Shown: piece by piece, positions 13,193-26,052 of the stretch
Layout of the letters: the number at the start of each line of letters is the position of its first letter
Position numbering within the stretch: the first letter of the stretch is position 1
Origin: Utricularia gibba
Taxonomy: Eukaryota; Plantae; Magnoliophyta
Assembly (NCBI GenBank): GCA_002189035.1
Contig: NEEC01000013.1
Coordinates: 1,798,001 to 1,862,000, forward strand
Length of the DNA: 64,000 bases
Direction: 5' to 3'
The notes under the pieces: generated by a model
The model's database searches: none
Told to the model about the DNA's origin: nothing
The model's input: only the letters and a program-made list of their open reading frames with translations
Position numbers and translations under genes: made by a program

Positions 13193-15639
13193 TTAAGCAA
13201 CAACTGCTGACTGCATCTGTGCATCTATCCTGCCTTCCATGGCGCGGGCGCTTCTGTGTTGCAGGCGCTGGTGCAATTTATCTGAGAGCTGGGAGTGGAA
13301 GGTGGAGTCCCACCTTCTTATCAACGAGGGGTCTTCAGCAAAGCAGATGTATATGGATGTCACAGCGCTTTCGACGACTACCATTGCCAGACCAACCTGC
13401 AAACATGGGAGGGCAAGATGGAGATGGGAGTCAGGTGTTTGGCATTTCGTGGAGGTGGTAGGATGTGGATCTTACCAAGATCATTCCGATCAGCATGGAT
13501 GTGGAACCAACCATGGCGGCTCTCTCAGGATGCTTGAAGTTAGCCCAAATGGATGCACAGGTTCCAGCGCTGAGGCCGCATAGCATGGTTCCCATGAAAA
13601 GAACAGCGCCTGAACAGTCATATGCTATGAGTGCTTCCACGCCGGTTGACTGGAATAGTTCCCAGGCATCTCTTGCGGAACGATTGAAGCTCTTTCCATA
13701 GACTGCAATCTGGTTTGGAGAGGAAATGATATATATGTTAGACAAAGAAAGAATTCTAAGAATTTCTGTGGATGTAATCACATGGCAATATCTACCTTGA
13801 CATATGCGTACTTATTGAACCAGCGAACCAGGAACTCTACAATGTGAAACAAGAAGTCGACACAACATAACAGACACTCATTGCTTCCGATTTTTGCCCT
13901 CAATCCCTGATCTGTGAGAAGAAAAAGCTATGTGGTGATTGTTGCATCCGATAAAACACTAGAATACATCTTGTTTGGGACTGAGTTCGTTTTTCCCCAA
14001 TAAAATCTCACCTGCCACCGAAGCGTCCGTATGAAAGCCGTAAAAAGTGATCCATAGCATATACTACCGAAAGAAGAGGTCAAAGCATATCGCAATGACC
14101 TGAGCACTGCCTTCGGAGGCATACTTTCTTCTTGATCACCATGAGTAAGGACAAGGAAAACCACCCCAGAGACCATAACATGGATAACATTACATAAAAC
14201 TGCACCAGTCCAAAACAAACTCACGGATAATACCTGGAGTGCAAGCAACATGATAAGCATTGGTGTCGTGACTGATGTGCATGCCATCAATAAATGATGG
14301 TACTAAAAAAAAAAACTTGGCACCTCACCGAAAGGAGCCACCAGCTACCACTACTACCGATGCCTAAACCCATAACTCCAGCTGCACCGAACGTCCAGAG
14401 AGCAAGCCATAAGAGCATTACAAGCATCAATAAGCATGCGGCTCTCAAGAGATTGGGTAGTTTCCAGAGCATTTTAACTGCCCTTAGCAAAACTACCATG
14501 GTAAATGGAAGCCTGAAAGATAGCAGTAGTACAATCAAGGTAAGGAAATAATTTATCTTCAATTCAAAAAAATTAAATTCGAATATACCGAATTGGTTAA
14601 CGTTATATTTGATGTCCAAAAAAGAAGAGAACTTCATCATAAACCAGCAGAATTTCAAGTTCCAGAACCAAAAAGCATTGTATTTGTCAAATAAAATAAC
14701 TAATTTCCCACAACTGGGGATACTAAAAAATAATACGAAAGAAGAAGACAATTTACCTGTCAATAACGGCTAGAACATACAAGAACTGCAATGCTGCACC
14801 AATTGCAAATGCAACGCCCCAAAAAAACTGCTTGGCCCAAAAACATAGAACACTGATGACTGCTAGATATGAAGTCAGTAGGTGTATTGAGAACTTCATC
14901 ATTTGAATTGCATTTGAACCAAGCAACAGGAGCCACGCACATCCCATTAGTGCGCCAACTCCACAAGCAATGGAGTAGAAAGGCCAGTATTCTTCTGTTA
15001 AACCGGATTTATCTTGAATAAATCCCATGGTATACTTGCTAATGTTTAGCCTATTTGGAATTCTAAACCTGTTCAGTCCAAACACCCCCAGAGCAAATCC
15101 CACGACAACCAAATGCACCAAAAACATAAGCAACCAGAACACATCATGCCAGCGCCTTGGCAGTGTTGAATCTACTCCCGGGGAATTCAATTGGCTCCCC
15201 ACAACATTCTGCAATTCAGAATGGCATCGCGATTCATAAGAAACGCCACATAAGCCCCACATCCTAAATTTCTAAAGAATCATTTGTTATGAATATTCAA
15301 ATTTCGCAAACCGAAGTCTTGCACAAATTTCAACCCCCTTAAACATTAAAAAGGTACCATGTTAAAAACTGGACAGGTATCCAAAAAGATGGATTTTTCT
15401 TACAAGTCAACGGCAATGGACAATCATTTCCTAGCAACCAAGTTTTGCAATATTAACCCAATGAGCACATAGATCACCGAAGTTATCATCATAAATTAAC
15501 CCTCAATTCCTTCACAAAACAGTCCAGAACACTGAAAAAAACACAACACCGAGGAAGAATCAGGGTTTCGGTTCCTCACCGATTGTGGGGCCCCAATGGC
15601 GGAATCGTAGGAGGATACGGACATCGGAGAGGCGCTCAT
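13193..15639 (-). CDS. Choline transporter-like (CTL/SLC44 family) membrane protein, 7 exons (15639-15580, 15208-14757, 14512-14329, 14233-14012, 13911-13796, 13709-13476, 13396-13193); apparent frameshift at 13905-13907
   Basis: RRWHDVFW, SFGSICYGSLF, FNKYAY, IAVYGKSFNRSARDAWELF, ESAVTSIYICFAEDP; canonical splice sites. Confidence 0.92.
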
Positions 15640-17637
15640 CCCTCCGCCGCTACAAGCAACTTGTTTTTAGTAGCCAAGCCAGTACACCGAAGACTTGCAG
15701 TTTCTCAGACATCAGAAATCCGTTGCTTCCTCTAGGGTTTATGAGATTTGACCTGCGTCAAGGAATTTGCAGTTGGGAACAGGCAGCAACTTGCAAGACA
15801 ATCCGACCGAGTTAACAACGACGAAGATTCTTTCTTTCTTCTCCCACTCTCCGTTCCCACGTGAGGACAATTAATTTAAAAATGCAGTAAACGCTGTTCA
15901 ACTCCATAAACCTTACTACATACATTTTTCGCGTAGTCCGCCTTACTTAAATACTTTTCATTAAAGAGACATGACGCGGCGGCATCGGAACCTCCGGCGA
16001 CGGAGTTGAAATCGGGGAGCCGCGACAAGAAAAAATGTGCACTTTCCTCCGGTAGCCAAGTAAACGACGTCGCACCGGATCTGAACGATGCGCTCCGGCC
16101 CAAAACCCATGGCCCATGTATGCTTTACGGGCTAAATGGATAGCCCATTTGTAAAACCGGGTTACACGGCGAGGCCCAATAGCATTAGAACGTTGTGGGC
16201 CAGAGTATCCATTTTATTTTTTACCCGCAGCTGAGTTATATGCAGTGGCAGTAACATCACTGGGGCGTTTCCCTCGAAAGTGACAGCGGTAATTTTTTTC
16301 ACCGATGACGTGGCCTCTCCCCGGTGGCCCTCGCTTTCTGATGCTCACCCACCTTTTTTGTCCCAGGGAAATATATGCCCACGGTTCAGAATATTATATT
16401 AAAATTATTATTTTAAAATGATAGATATAATATATGATTTAAAAATATGTTCAATTTATTTAAATATCGTCAGTACATTAAATTATCTTTTTCCAAAACA
16501 AAATAATGTAATTAGTAATCAAATCAACCACCTCCCATAAATACTCCACATGGCCTGTGACACAAGATAAATAAAATAATTCCAAGGGCAGCAGAAGGTA
16601 TGAGCCTGGAGTTGTTTCCTGAACACTGTTGAGGATGTTGGCGAGGGCAATTTGGACATCAACAAAATCCCTTTTTTAAATAAGTTTAAGAACGCGTTTT
16701 TGCATTATCAAATTTATTAAATTTATTTTAATCCCCTAATAACTAATATTATTATAATAATCCATGTGATTAGTGTTCATTGAGATAACCAAACACGCCA
16801 CGTGGTTAAGCCCGGGGGTTAAGTGGAAGGACGACGTCGTATCAACAAACCCCACAAACATCATAAATGATGGTAAATATGTTCAGCCATCAATCTATTC
16901 TACGCGTATCCCACCCCTCACCACACACCGTTTTATTTATTAAAATGCGAAAACCACGCCCACAAGAAAATGAAATGAAAACTCCCTATTTTTCTTCCAT
17001 TTCTCTTTGAGAAACATAAGTAAAATTATTATTACAGTAATATATGAGCCACCTATGGAAGTTTCTAGAATTAATTCTATTTCGATAGAAGTGTTTATAT
17101 CTTTCAATCATATATTAAATTATATTTTACGAGAACTAGTTTTTGAGAATTATTTAAAATTTATGAAAAACATGACATAGTAACTTATCTATAAGAATTA
17201 ATTATAATATTGAAATTATAATTATACTCATTTTTATAGATAGTTTATAATAATAATTATTATAACTTATTTAGTTAATTTTTAGTTAAAATTTTAATAT
17301 AAATATGTTTAAATTAAAAGTATTACATAAATTATAATTCAAAAAATCATATAATATTATATAATTAATAAATATGTCATTTGATTATTAAAATCAATTC
17401 TCATTTTTTACACTTCAAACATTAATTTATTCTTTAATAATCATTTTAAAAAATACTTTCAAACATATTGATGACACACATTTTTCCTAAATTTCAAAAT
17501 ACAAAATGGTTATATTTTATTATGGTTTAAGTTAGATAAATGTGATTTTTCATGCTTTAGTGGTGTTTATGTTAATCCTATGTGATTATGTTGAAAAGTG
17601 GACTAAATCCTTTGATTTAGTACACAACTCATGTTAT

Positions 17638-18195
17638 TGATGTCTCAGTAAGTTCAGCAGGGAGATATGCCGAAAATCAGACTTGCAAGCGTGTAAAACA
17701 AGCGAAAAAAGGCGCAAAATCCGGAGAAGGAAAAAGAGCATTGTTCTGCTGCCACCGCAGTCTGCAAGTTTAGGCCAGGAGCAGTACTGACAGTCAGGAA
17801 CAGTACTGGCAGACAGAAATAGTGCAATGGAGTGAAGCAAAAGAAAAGGAAATTAATTCGAAAAAGAAAGAGGAGAGCGAAAAGTGGAAGCGAATAGCAT
17901 GGGGGACGCAAAAGGGGGGTCTTCTTCGCCAACACAAAAAACACCTACCAGAAGGGAGAAGGAGGGCCTTCACTACCAAGAGTAGCACCGGAGCCTAGTC
18001 AAGCGCTACTGTTCCGGGCTGTGAACAATAACTAACAGGCGGAAGGACAATTTTTATTTACTTTCTTGTTTACTGAACTTATTTACCACTGTTAATTCGA
18101 GCTTAGACTAAGACTTACTGTTATCCGAAATTATGCATGTACTAAAACACTTAGCAAGCACAAGTTCTTTGTGATCGACCCTGATTCCACTATAC
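17638..18195. mobile_element. Possible degenerate LTR-retrotransposon LTR fragment (Ty3/Gypsy-like)
   Basis: Higher-GC non-coding island in AT-rich spacer; starts TGATG, purine-rich tract, short internal duplication (AGGA(G/A)CAGTACTG(A/G)CAG), T-rich tract, GATCGACCC near the end. No TSD or internal domains found. Confidence 0.3.
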
Positions 18196-19106
18196 AAGTT
18201 TTTTAAATTTTTATTTTGTGTAGATTATGGATTATAAATTTATTTGATACAGATTTTCTATTTTTATTTGCATTGATATTAGGAAAATTCCATTTATCAC
18301 ATATATCAATTTTCATTTTATCAAATTCAATTTTACTAAAATCAATTTTGAAGAGATTTTTCGCTTAACGTAGTTATGATTTTCCAAACGTATGCAATAT
18401 AGCGAAAATTTTACAAAATTATTCAAGAAAAAACTTAATTGTGAATGAGATTTACGTTATCAGAAAGCCTTCAAAAGCTTATAATTTTATGAGTTTTTGA
18501 ATTGGACCTTTTGCTCTCATTACATAAATTTTAGTATTATTAATAAATACGATATGAATAATTTTGTTATCGTATTAAAAATGCAGAAATAATAATTAAC
18601 TTTAAAAACTCGAAGAGATTCGAGTTTTATTTTATTAGAATGAATTATGAAAAACCATTATTCGAGAAGTATAATTAAATATAACCTTATTTTTCCATTC
18701 TCGGTAATAATAATAATATTATAAAATGATATTAACTTTTCGTAAATAATATATATAATAAAAAATGAAACTCGTGGGCAATAACCCGAGTTTGGACCGT
18801 GGGCTCGCATTATGTAATGTATATAGATATATTGGAGTAATAATTACAATAAATATAATATAATAAATACATTATGTCGGTTTTTTACGTGTATAATAAT
18901 TACATTAGGAAATGGGCTTCTGGTTTCCTTTGCACTTCCTCCTATTTATAGCGTTCTGAGGGAGTGGAGGAAGTAAAAAAGGGTATTTATGGAAATTTTC
19001 GTTGTTCCAGAGCTAGAGCAGTAGGCCTATTTGTACAAGCAGCTGAACGAGCACTTCTCTTCTTCTTCGAGGGCTCAGGAGATTAAAAAAAAGAAAAGAA
19101 ACGCAG

Positions 19107-19759
19107 ATGGGGAACTGTCAGGGCGTGGACGCTGCGGCGCTTGTGATACATCACCCAATGGGAAGCAGCAGAGGGTGTACTGGCCCATCTCCGCCGCAGA
19201 GGTGATGAGGATGAACCCCGGCCACTATGTTTCCCTCGTAATCCCGATTGTCCACACCGGAGATCATGGCCCAGGTGATGATACTAGGCGGCGCGTGAAT
19301 TTCACGCGCGTTAAGCTTCTCCGGCCCGCTGAAACGCTCCACCTCGGACAGGATTACCGTCTCGTTTCTACCCAAGGTGCTCTCTCTTTCTGTGTCTGTT
19401 TTCATTCTCCTTCCTTGTTCTTTTCCTTGACTGTTGGTGAAGGAATTTTGTGGGGTTTTGTTGCAGAGGTTTTGAGAGTCATCGCAGCTAAAAAGACGGC
19501 GAATTTGGAGAAGTCGAGGAAGAAGAATCAGGAAGATCTGCGTAAACTAGAAACCCAGATGAAAAACACTAGTGTACAGTATACCAATCGGATTTCTTTA
19601 AAATGCTCTACTGCGTTCACTCACCGGATTCAACATTTTTTTGTTCCATAGGTTTCAAGGTCTGTGAGAAATCAGCCGAGATGCTGTTTAGGTTCGTCGG
19701 GAAGAAGACACAAATCGTGGCGCCCATCTTTACAGAGCATCTCTGAGCTTGAATCCTGA
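19107..19759 (+). CDS. DUF4228 (PADRE) family protein, 3 exons (19107-19376, 19467-~19573, 19652-19759); apparent frameshift at 19154-19156
   Basis: MGNCQ N-terminus, HP[N]GK..RVYWPISAAEVMRMNPGHYV, VKLLRPAETLHLGQDYRL, C-terminal SWRPSLQSISE. Confidence 0.9.
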
Positions 19760-20299
19760 ACAGCAACCACAACACAGCAAATTAACAAACCCGACTAATT
19801 TCCCTTCCCGTTTCCGCGATGCCATCGAGATTTGTTTCTCGATTGTGCATTTTCAATGTAAATAATTAGTTGTCGACTTGGGGAGGTGAAGTGTGTCCAT
19901 AAACCCAGTTCGAGTTTCGAAAATGTAATCTGGAATAGCGAGTTTGCAGACAGCAAATCGCCAGTGCGCCGCTAGGCGGCGCGGTTTAGTGTGATCGGAA
20001 AGTGACGTCATTGGAATTCTCTGTCGTCCGCAATTTCATATGATATATGAAATATGAAAATGGGCTTGAGGCCCTTAAGGATATCTCAAATACCAGAGGC
20101 AAAGGGTTTGATGGGCCCACCCCCGTCATGTTAAACTGGTGGCCCGTTTTCAACTTTTCGGCCCAATATGGCCCATATTTTGCAGTCAAACTCGTGATTG
20201 AGATGAGAATGTACTCGTACTCGTAAATTCAACGTTTCCCGATAGCAATCCCACGGCGGCGGTGGATGATCGCTCCGGCGGTAAGGAGCTGACAAAGAA

Positions 20300-20890
20300 A
20301 TGAAAGAGACGCTCGAGCGGAATAAGGAGGTTTCCGCCGTCGGCGTTGAGAAAGCAAAGGTTTTCGCCATTGTAGGTTACCAAAGGACGGAGCGCTTGGC
20401 GGCGTCAACTGGATCAAAGTCAAGTGCAACGAAATCAAGCTATTTCGGGAGAAGACGTAAGGTTTTAGAGACAGATTTTCATTGTTTCGATGCACATTCG
20501 TTCTTGATTGCTCCAGATAACAGCAATAATCGTGTGATGAGGTTTCGGAATTTGACTTTTATTCTTACGTTCGTTTGCATTTGTTTGATACCAGTGAGAT
20601 CTGGTAAATCGTTAATTCATCTTCAATTCAACCATTTGATTTGCCTTACTGTTTGCAAATCCGGTATGTTCAGACATCCTTTCTGAACAGCCATCCAACA
20701 TTCCAGCCTCTCCGGTAGCTCTCTCCCCTCATCATCTCTCCACATCAATCAGCTTCACTCCGGAGTTGATCGGGAAACCTGACTTAAGTTTAGGGTCCCT
20801 CCAAAACCGGTTAGTGACAGTATTCCAGTGCTGGAATTACCTTCTACACCGGAAGATGGAAGCCCCGAAGCTTGGAATTCAAGTAAGTGA
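20300..20890 (+). pseudogene. Probable pseudogene of an uncharacterised plant protein (GLPKD..VNW.K.K.N.IKLF..PLR..LHIN.L.S.VDRET[C]LKF..P..VPVLELPS type)
   Basis: Motif blocks lie in three frames across an intron (~20458-20690); in-frame TGA at 20780-20782 where a Cys is expected from remembered homologs; frameshifts near 20375 and 20715. Confidence 0.55.
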
Positions 20891-21283
20891 CACGGTTCCC
20901 GCATGTTACGGTTGGAGCTCGAGACGAGGTCCCTGATGGATTCTTGCTTGAAGGCACACACTTTGAACTGAACGGCGGTGGTGTGATTCCGGCCACGTAA
21001 GTTATCTACCCTTGTCTCAGAGGAGGAAGCGTGGCACAGGGTTTTCATATCTGTTCCTTAATTTTGTATTAACGCATACACTTCGTGTCCAACTGCGTGT
21101 TAATCTCCCTTACTAATCACTACAACGACCCACTCTCATTGAAGTTTCATAAATGATTGGTGATTTTTTGGTATGAAAAGACAAAAAAGGTAAGATTTTT
21201 TAAGGGAAAAAGTCGAATAGTCGATAGGGGTCTTCAGGGCTTCCGTTGTCTGACGGCGGTTTGTTTTCTGCCGATTCTTGCTA

Positions 21284-23507
21284 ATGGGTGTCATAGAGTG
21301 CTTCGCCAGTGGCTCTTCGTGCACTTTCGTAGATAGGCCGAGGTATTCCCCTTATTTGTCTCGAAATAGGATTGGATTTATCCTTCCGATTGCCGCCTCT
21401 GCCTCCGCGGCGGCTCCGGTGAAGGAGGACGGCCAACTTGAAAATGGGGGGCGTTTGTTGACCGGAGATTCTTTCATTCGTCAGCATATACGGAATCTGT
21501 CTCCTTATCAGCCAATCTTCCCATTTGAAGTGAGATTCTTGCGCCCATTTTTTGAATTTCTCATCTGCCTCCCTATTGATTACGCCTTTTTTGGGGTTGA
21601 TTATATGTTTGTCGTATTCCATGCTTGCCGCTTCTGTGATTTTTGGGCGTCGTTCAAAATCTTCCTTTGTCAAGTGATCTCATTTGTGACTTGAAAATTT
21701 TCATTCTATTTGATTGTTGGTATTAAGACTAGTAGCACATGTTAGGTGTTATCTGCTCGGCTTGGTCGAAAACCAGAGGATATCGTAAAGTTAGATGCAA
21801 ATGAAAATCCATACGGTCCTCCTCCAGAGGTGAGCATATTGTGTTATCTGGGTTCCATTGAAATTTCGATTACTAGCTTGAGTTATCATCTCCATTGTCT
21901 GGAAACATCTTTAAGGTTTTTGAGGCTTTGGGAAATTTAAAATTCCCTTATATTTATCCCGATCCTGAAAGCCGCACATTAAGAGCAGCACTTGCTTTGG
22001 ATTCTGGCCTTGAGTCTGACTATATTTTAGCTGGCTGTGGTGCGGATGAGCTCATTGATCTCATTATGCGGTATGCGATCTCAACTATATTTGCTTCTTG
22101 GTTGTTTCCTAAGTATCATTGGTATGGTATTTGATGAATGAATGGGAAATTTTATCACAAACAATTCCACCTTTTTAAGTGTAACATTCAACAAATCTAG
22201 TTTCTGTTTCATTTTGAACTTCAAGCATCAGAATTTGATTAGGTTTTCAGGAAAAGGCAGCATTTTTTTGGAGTTCGTTTTCTTCAATATCATCACTGTG
22301 TTTGATCCTGCAGATGTGTGTTAGAACCTGGTGACAAAATTCTGGACTGCCCACCAACTTTCACAATGTATGAATTTGATGCTGCAGTTAACGCTGCAGG
22401 TGTAATCAAGGGTACATTCTTCTATCTGCTTCCTTTTCGTTCTCCTTCTCTGTCTGTTGTGATGGTATCGTTTTCTTTAATGTTGGCTCCTTGAAATTTC
22501 AATGCCAGTTCCTCGCAAAGTCGACTTCAGTTTGGACTTGGAAAAGATTCTTGAAGTTATTGAGCAAGACAAGCCGAAGTGCATATTCTTGACATCTCCA
22601 AATAATCCAGATGGAAGGTACGCTGTTTTCCTTTATTGTAAAATGTACGTGGGAGTCTTAATTTTGTTTTTCTTGTAGCATCATCGACGATGAAACACTT
22701 CTGAGAATACTGAAAACCCCTGTCCTGGTTATCCTGGATGAAGCGTATATCGAATTCTCCGGAGTTGAATCGAAGATGCAATGGGTCAAAAGGTTTGAGA
22801 ACCTGATAGTTCTTCGTACATTCAGCAAAAGAGCAGGTACTTACCATCTACACTAGAAGAACTACATATTTCATTGCATTCCGGATGATACAGTTCTGGG
22901 ACTTCTTCAAAATCCTGCCCGGTTGCATTTGTTGTAACAGCATTAGCCGGCCTTCGAGTCGGATATGGAGCATTTCCTCTGAGCATCATCAAATACATGT
23001 GGAGGGCTAAGCAACCGTATAACGTTTCTGTGGCTGCTGAAGTTGCGGCATGCGCAGCACTACAGAATCCTGAATACTTAGAGGTGCGAACCGCAGCTTC
23101 CTCTTTCGAAGATTCCACTTTCAGGAGTGTGTTCATATTGAATCATTTGTTTGATGTATCCCAGAAAGTGAAAGTGGCGTTGGTTCAAGAACGCAACCGG
23201 CTCTTCGATCTTCTGCAAGAAGTTCCCTTCCTTCATCCCTTCCCCAGCCATTCGAACTTCATTCTGTGTGAAGTCACTTCGGGAATGGATGCTAAGGAGG
23301 TGAAGGTAAGGAAGCCCACCATCTTTTGTTGTGTCAGTCATTCGTCTGGTAGTAACACCTTTGGAACCTCCATAGGAATATCTTGCCGAGAATGGGGTGA
23401 TGATCCGCCATTACAGCAAAAAGGAGTTGTCTGGTTATGTCCGTGTCTCTGTAGGGAAGCCGGAGCAGACGGACGCGCTGATGGAATGCCTCAGGAGCCT
23501 GTACTGA
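21284..23507 (+). CDS. HISN6: Histidinol-phosphate aminotransferase, chloroplastic; 9 exons, intact
   Basis: Transit peptide, [61 protein letters not shown] (PLP lysine), NFIL, VRVSVG; all GT-AG introns in frame. Confidence 0.97.
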
Positions 23508-24030
23508 GCAGCCTCGTTGAAGCGTGACCTTTTACTCCGAACCAGTGTTTTGACAATCAAATCTTCTAGCATTCCATCATTAGGATCATCCGAGGTTAGG
23601 GATGCTGTAAATGATTCAGTTTTCTTAAAGGAAACTGTTGTCGCCGCCATTGGTGGTGGTGAGCTTCTTCCGTCGTGACTTTGCTGGATCAGGCCGTGGC
23701 GTATCGCCATCTGATCGACGCTCGTTCAGAAGAAGCCGACTTTTGTTTCGCCTGAAAGTCCGGTCACATTTCCGGCGAGCTATACTCGGTCGCATTCGAA
23801 GAGTCCCGAAGTGCACATTGTGACGGCGGTGAAATGTAACGGAAGGTTCGTCTATAAAAAAATAAATAGCAAGCTGACGAGATAACGGAACGGCTGTGAA
23901 TTGTGACGGCCGTTTGTGTAAACACAGAAGGGGGGAAATAAAACCCTAGCCGTGTGTGAAGGCATAGGCCGTTAGAAATTGAAAAATCGGCTTTCGAAAA
24001 TCCAGGTTCCTGGATCGAGAAAGAAAAGAG

Positions 24031-25005
24031 ATGAGTTACGTGCTGCGTGTGCGATTTGCGTCTTTCTTCACCGGCGCAGCTGTGGCTTCCGGAGCGGGCC
24101 TGTATTTTCTGCAGAAAGATTACAGTGCTGCGCACGACGCCCTTTCTAAGCAGGTTTTTCTCTTCCTCTAAATTGATATAAATCGTTTGAATTCAACGTT
24201 ACGCCAGGGATTTTTTTTTATTTACATCTGGAACTTGTGTTTTTGAGCCTTTACAGGGGCATAATTATTGTCACTTGGATCAGTTTGGTGTTTGAATGAA
24301 ATATGAATAAGTCCATGAACGGAACTTCTTTCGGTTAGGTTTTTATGGACTTCTCCTTGAATTCTAGAAAGGAGTTAGTTTGCTTGAAGAACTCTTGTTC
24401 CAAATGTCATTCAATGCACTATTAGTTTGTAAGCGAATGGCCTACAATTATACCGGCATTTTCTTTGTTTCATATTTAAAATCCGGATTTAGAATGAGTA
24501 AACTTGAGCCGTTAGCTAATCTTGTAGCTCACGCACTTTTCCTAGCGTTGTTCATTTCTGACAAACAAAAGTGTGCAAAGGTTGTGATGCATTTTTTTTT
24601 ACAAGGGAGAATTGTGTAGTATTTAGTATGATATCATGCATTTTTTGGCTGGGAAACACAAGGTGGAATTGTGTAATCTCTGATATCGGGGTTGCCATTT
24701 GAAGCTTAAGTTTCTGTTGTTGATTTACTCATAAGTAGGAAGAATAATCGAGTCATTAAGATCTTGAAGCTGAAACATGTGCCAGTGAGCATGCTCCATA
24801 ATCGCCATTATCTTATCTTTGCACCAGCGTTTCTCATTATTGCCTTGTTGTTGTTGAAAAGAGTAACTTTTTTGGTGTCATCCAGATGAATAGCCTTTAC
24901 GAATCCTTGGATGGACGTCTATCAGAATTGGAGAAGTTGAGAGCAGTTGAGGCACCTAGGAACGCAGAAGCAGAGGCTCCCAGAAATGCAGATCCAGATG
25001 AATGA
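24031..25005 (+). CDS. Small conserved single-TM protein (80 aa), 2 exons (24031-24153, 24886-25005)
   Basis: MSYVLRVRFASFFTGAAVASGAGLYFLQKDYSAAHDALSKQ|MNSLYESLDGRLSELEK...; phase-0 GT-AG intron; telobox AAACCCTAG near 23941; absent from ORF track because each exon is <60 aa. Confidence 0.85.
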
Positions 25006-25495
25006 AACCTTTCTTTGCAGATATAAGTTTCTGCCCACCATGTTGATTTTCGATTTCATCATGCTTCAAATAAGATACCTGTCAACCATGAGTGATGTTT
25101 ATACACATTGTATGAAGGAAAAAGTTTAACGAGAGAGACATATGTTCCATGTTGATCTTTACTATGATTAGTGCATGTAGCCAGTGTATGAAGTGCGAAG
25201 GAAAAGTTTAACCCATGTCCTGTATAACGAGATGCATGTTAGCTACAAGTACAGGGATAGATCATTTCCTGAATGCTAATTGGCTTGATCAAACCATGGG
25301 GCTGCTTAATCCTCCTTCCATCATCAACATGATCCAATTTGGTGCCCTGGATTTAGAGCAGCATTGCTGCCATCTGCTGAAACAATGCTCGAGTTTCATA
25401 GTACCAATCTGCTCCACAAGTTTTCATCTTCCTTCTTTCCGCAAGGTGGATTCTTTCACCCGCTGGCTGCAGAATTTGCATGACTGAGATGAGAT

Positions 25496-25681
25496 TCATA
25501 GTACCATGCCACTGAGTCTCTGGTGCAGACCTTTGAGGGCATCCAGTTCAGCCAACAGTGCATCCAACCTTCTCTTGAGAAGCTCGTACTCTTTCACCAG
25601 CTGCTTCTTCTTGGAACCACACGGAGGTGTTGCCTCCGACGTAGCCTCCGCCGTGGCTCCCGGCGGCGGCCCAACTCCCAT
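25496..25681 (-). CDS. Orphan 61-aa small ORF with predicted coiled-coil; function unknown
   Basis: ATG-initiated, GC-elevated ORF with heptad-like QLVKEYELLKRRLDALLAELDALKGL; no family recognised. Confidence 0.25.
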   Translation of the reverse strand: MGVGPPPGATAEATSEATPPCGSKKKQLVKEYELLKRRLDALLAELDALKGLHQRLSGMVL

Positions 25682-25758
25682 CAGCTAGGTTGGGAGTTGC
25701 CCTGGTACCACCACATATGGGTTTGGGCTCATTTTTCTTGTTGGGCCGCTGCGGCTAC

Positions 25759-26052
25759 AACATTTTTTTATTTTAAAAAAACAATTTCCTTACAGGGTAG
25801 TGGGTACTCAACTCCTACGTGGGTGTCAGATGGTGACTTGCCCACAGAGTGCGCACGTGCCTAATCGTTGCCCTTGCCAACCCTAGCGCGAATCATTTTC
25901 TTTCAATAAAAATAGTAACTTTATTTTCCACGGGGGACGATTAGGCACGTGCGCGCTCTGTCTCCAGGGCAAGTAAGAAATAGGCAAGTTACTGGAGACC
26001 ATTCCCTGACACCCACGTAGGAGTTCCTTGTAAGGAAATAAAAAAAAATGTT
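25759..26052. mobile_element. Foldback / MITE-like element with long imperfect inverted repeats
   Basis: 25810-25829 pairs perfectly with 26006-26025 (20 bp); 25845-25868 with 25937-25960 (24 bp, 1 mismatch); outer ATTTCCTTACA/TGTAAGGAAAT and AACATTTTTTT/AAAAAAAATGTT. No TSD found. Confidence 0.65.

Noticed and set aside
16580-16700. GC-richer patch with faint miR395-like wording
   Set aside because: No mature miRNA match, no good hairpin, no snRNA promoter (USE) or ORF support.
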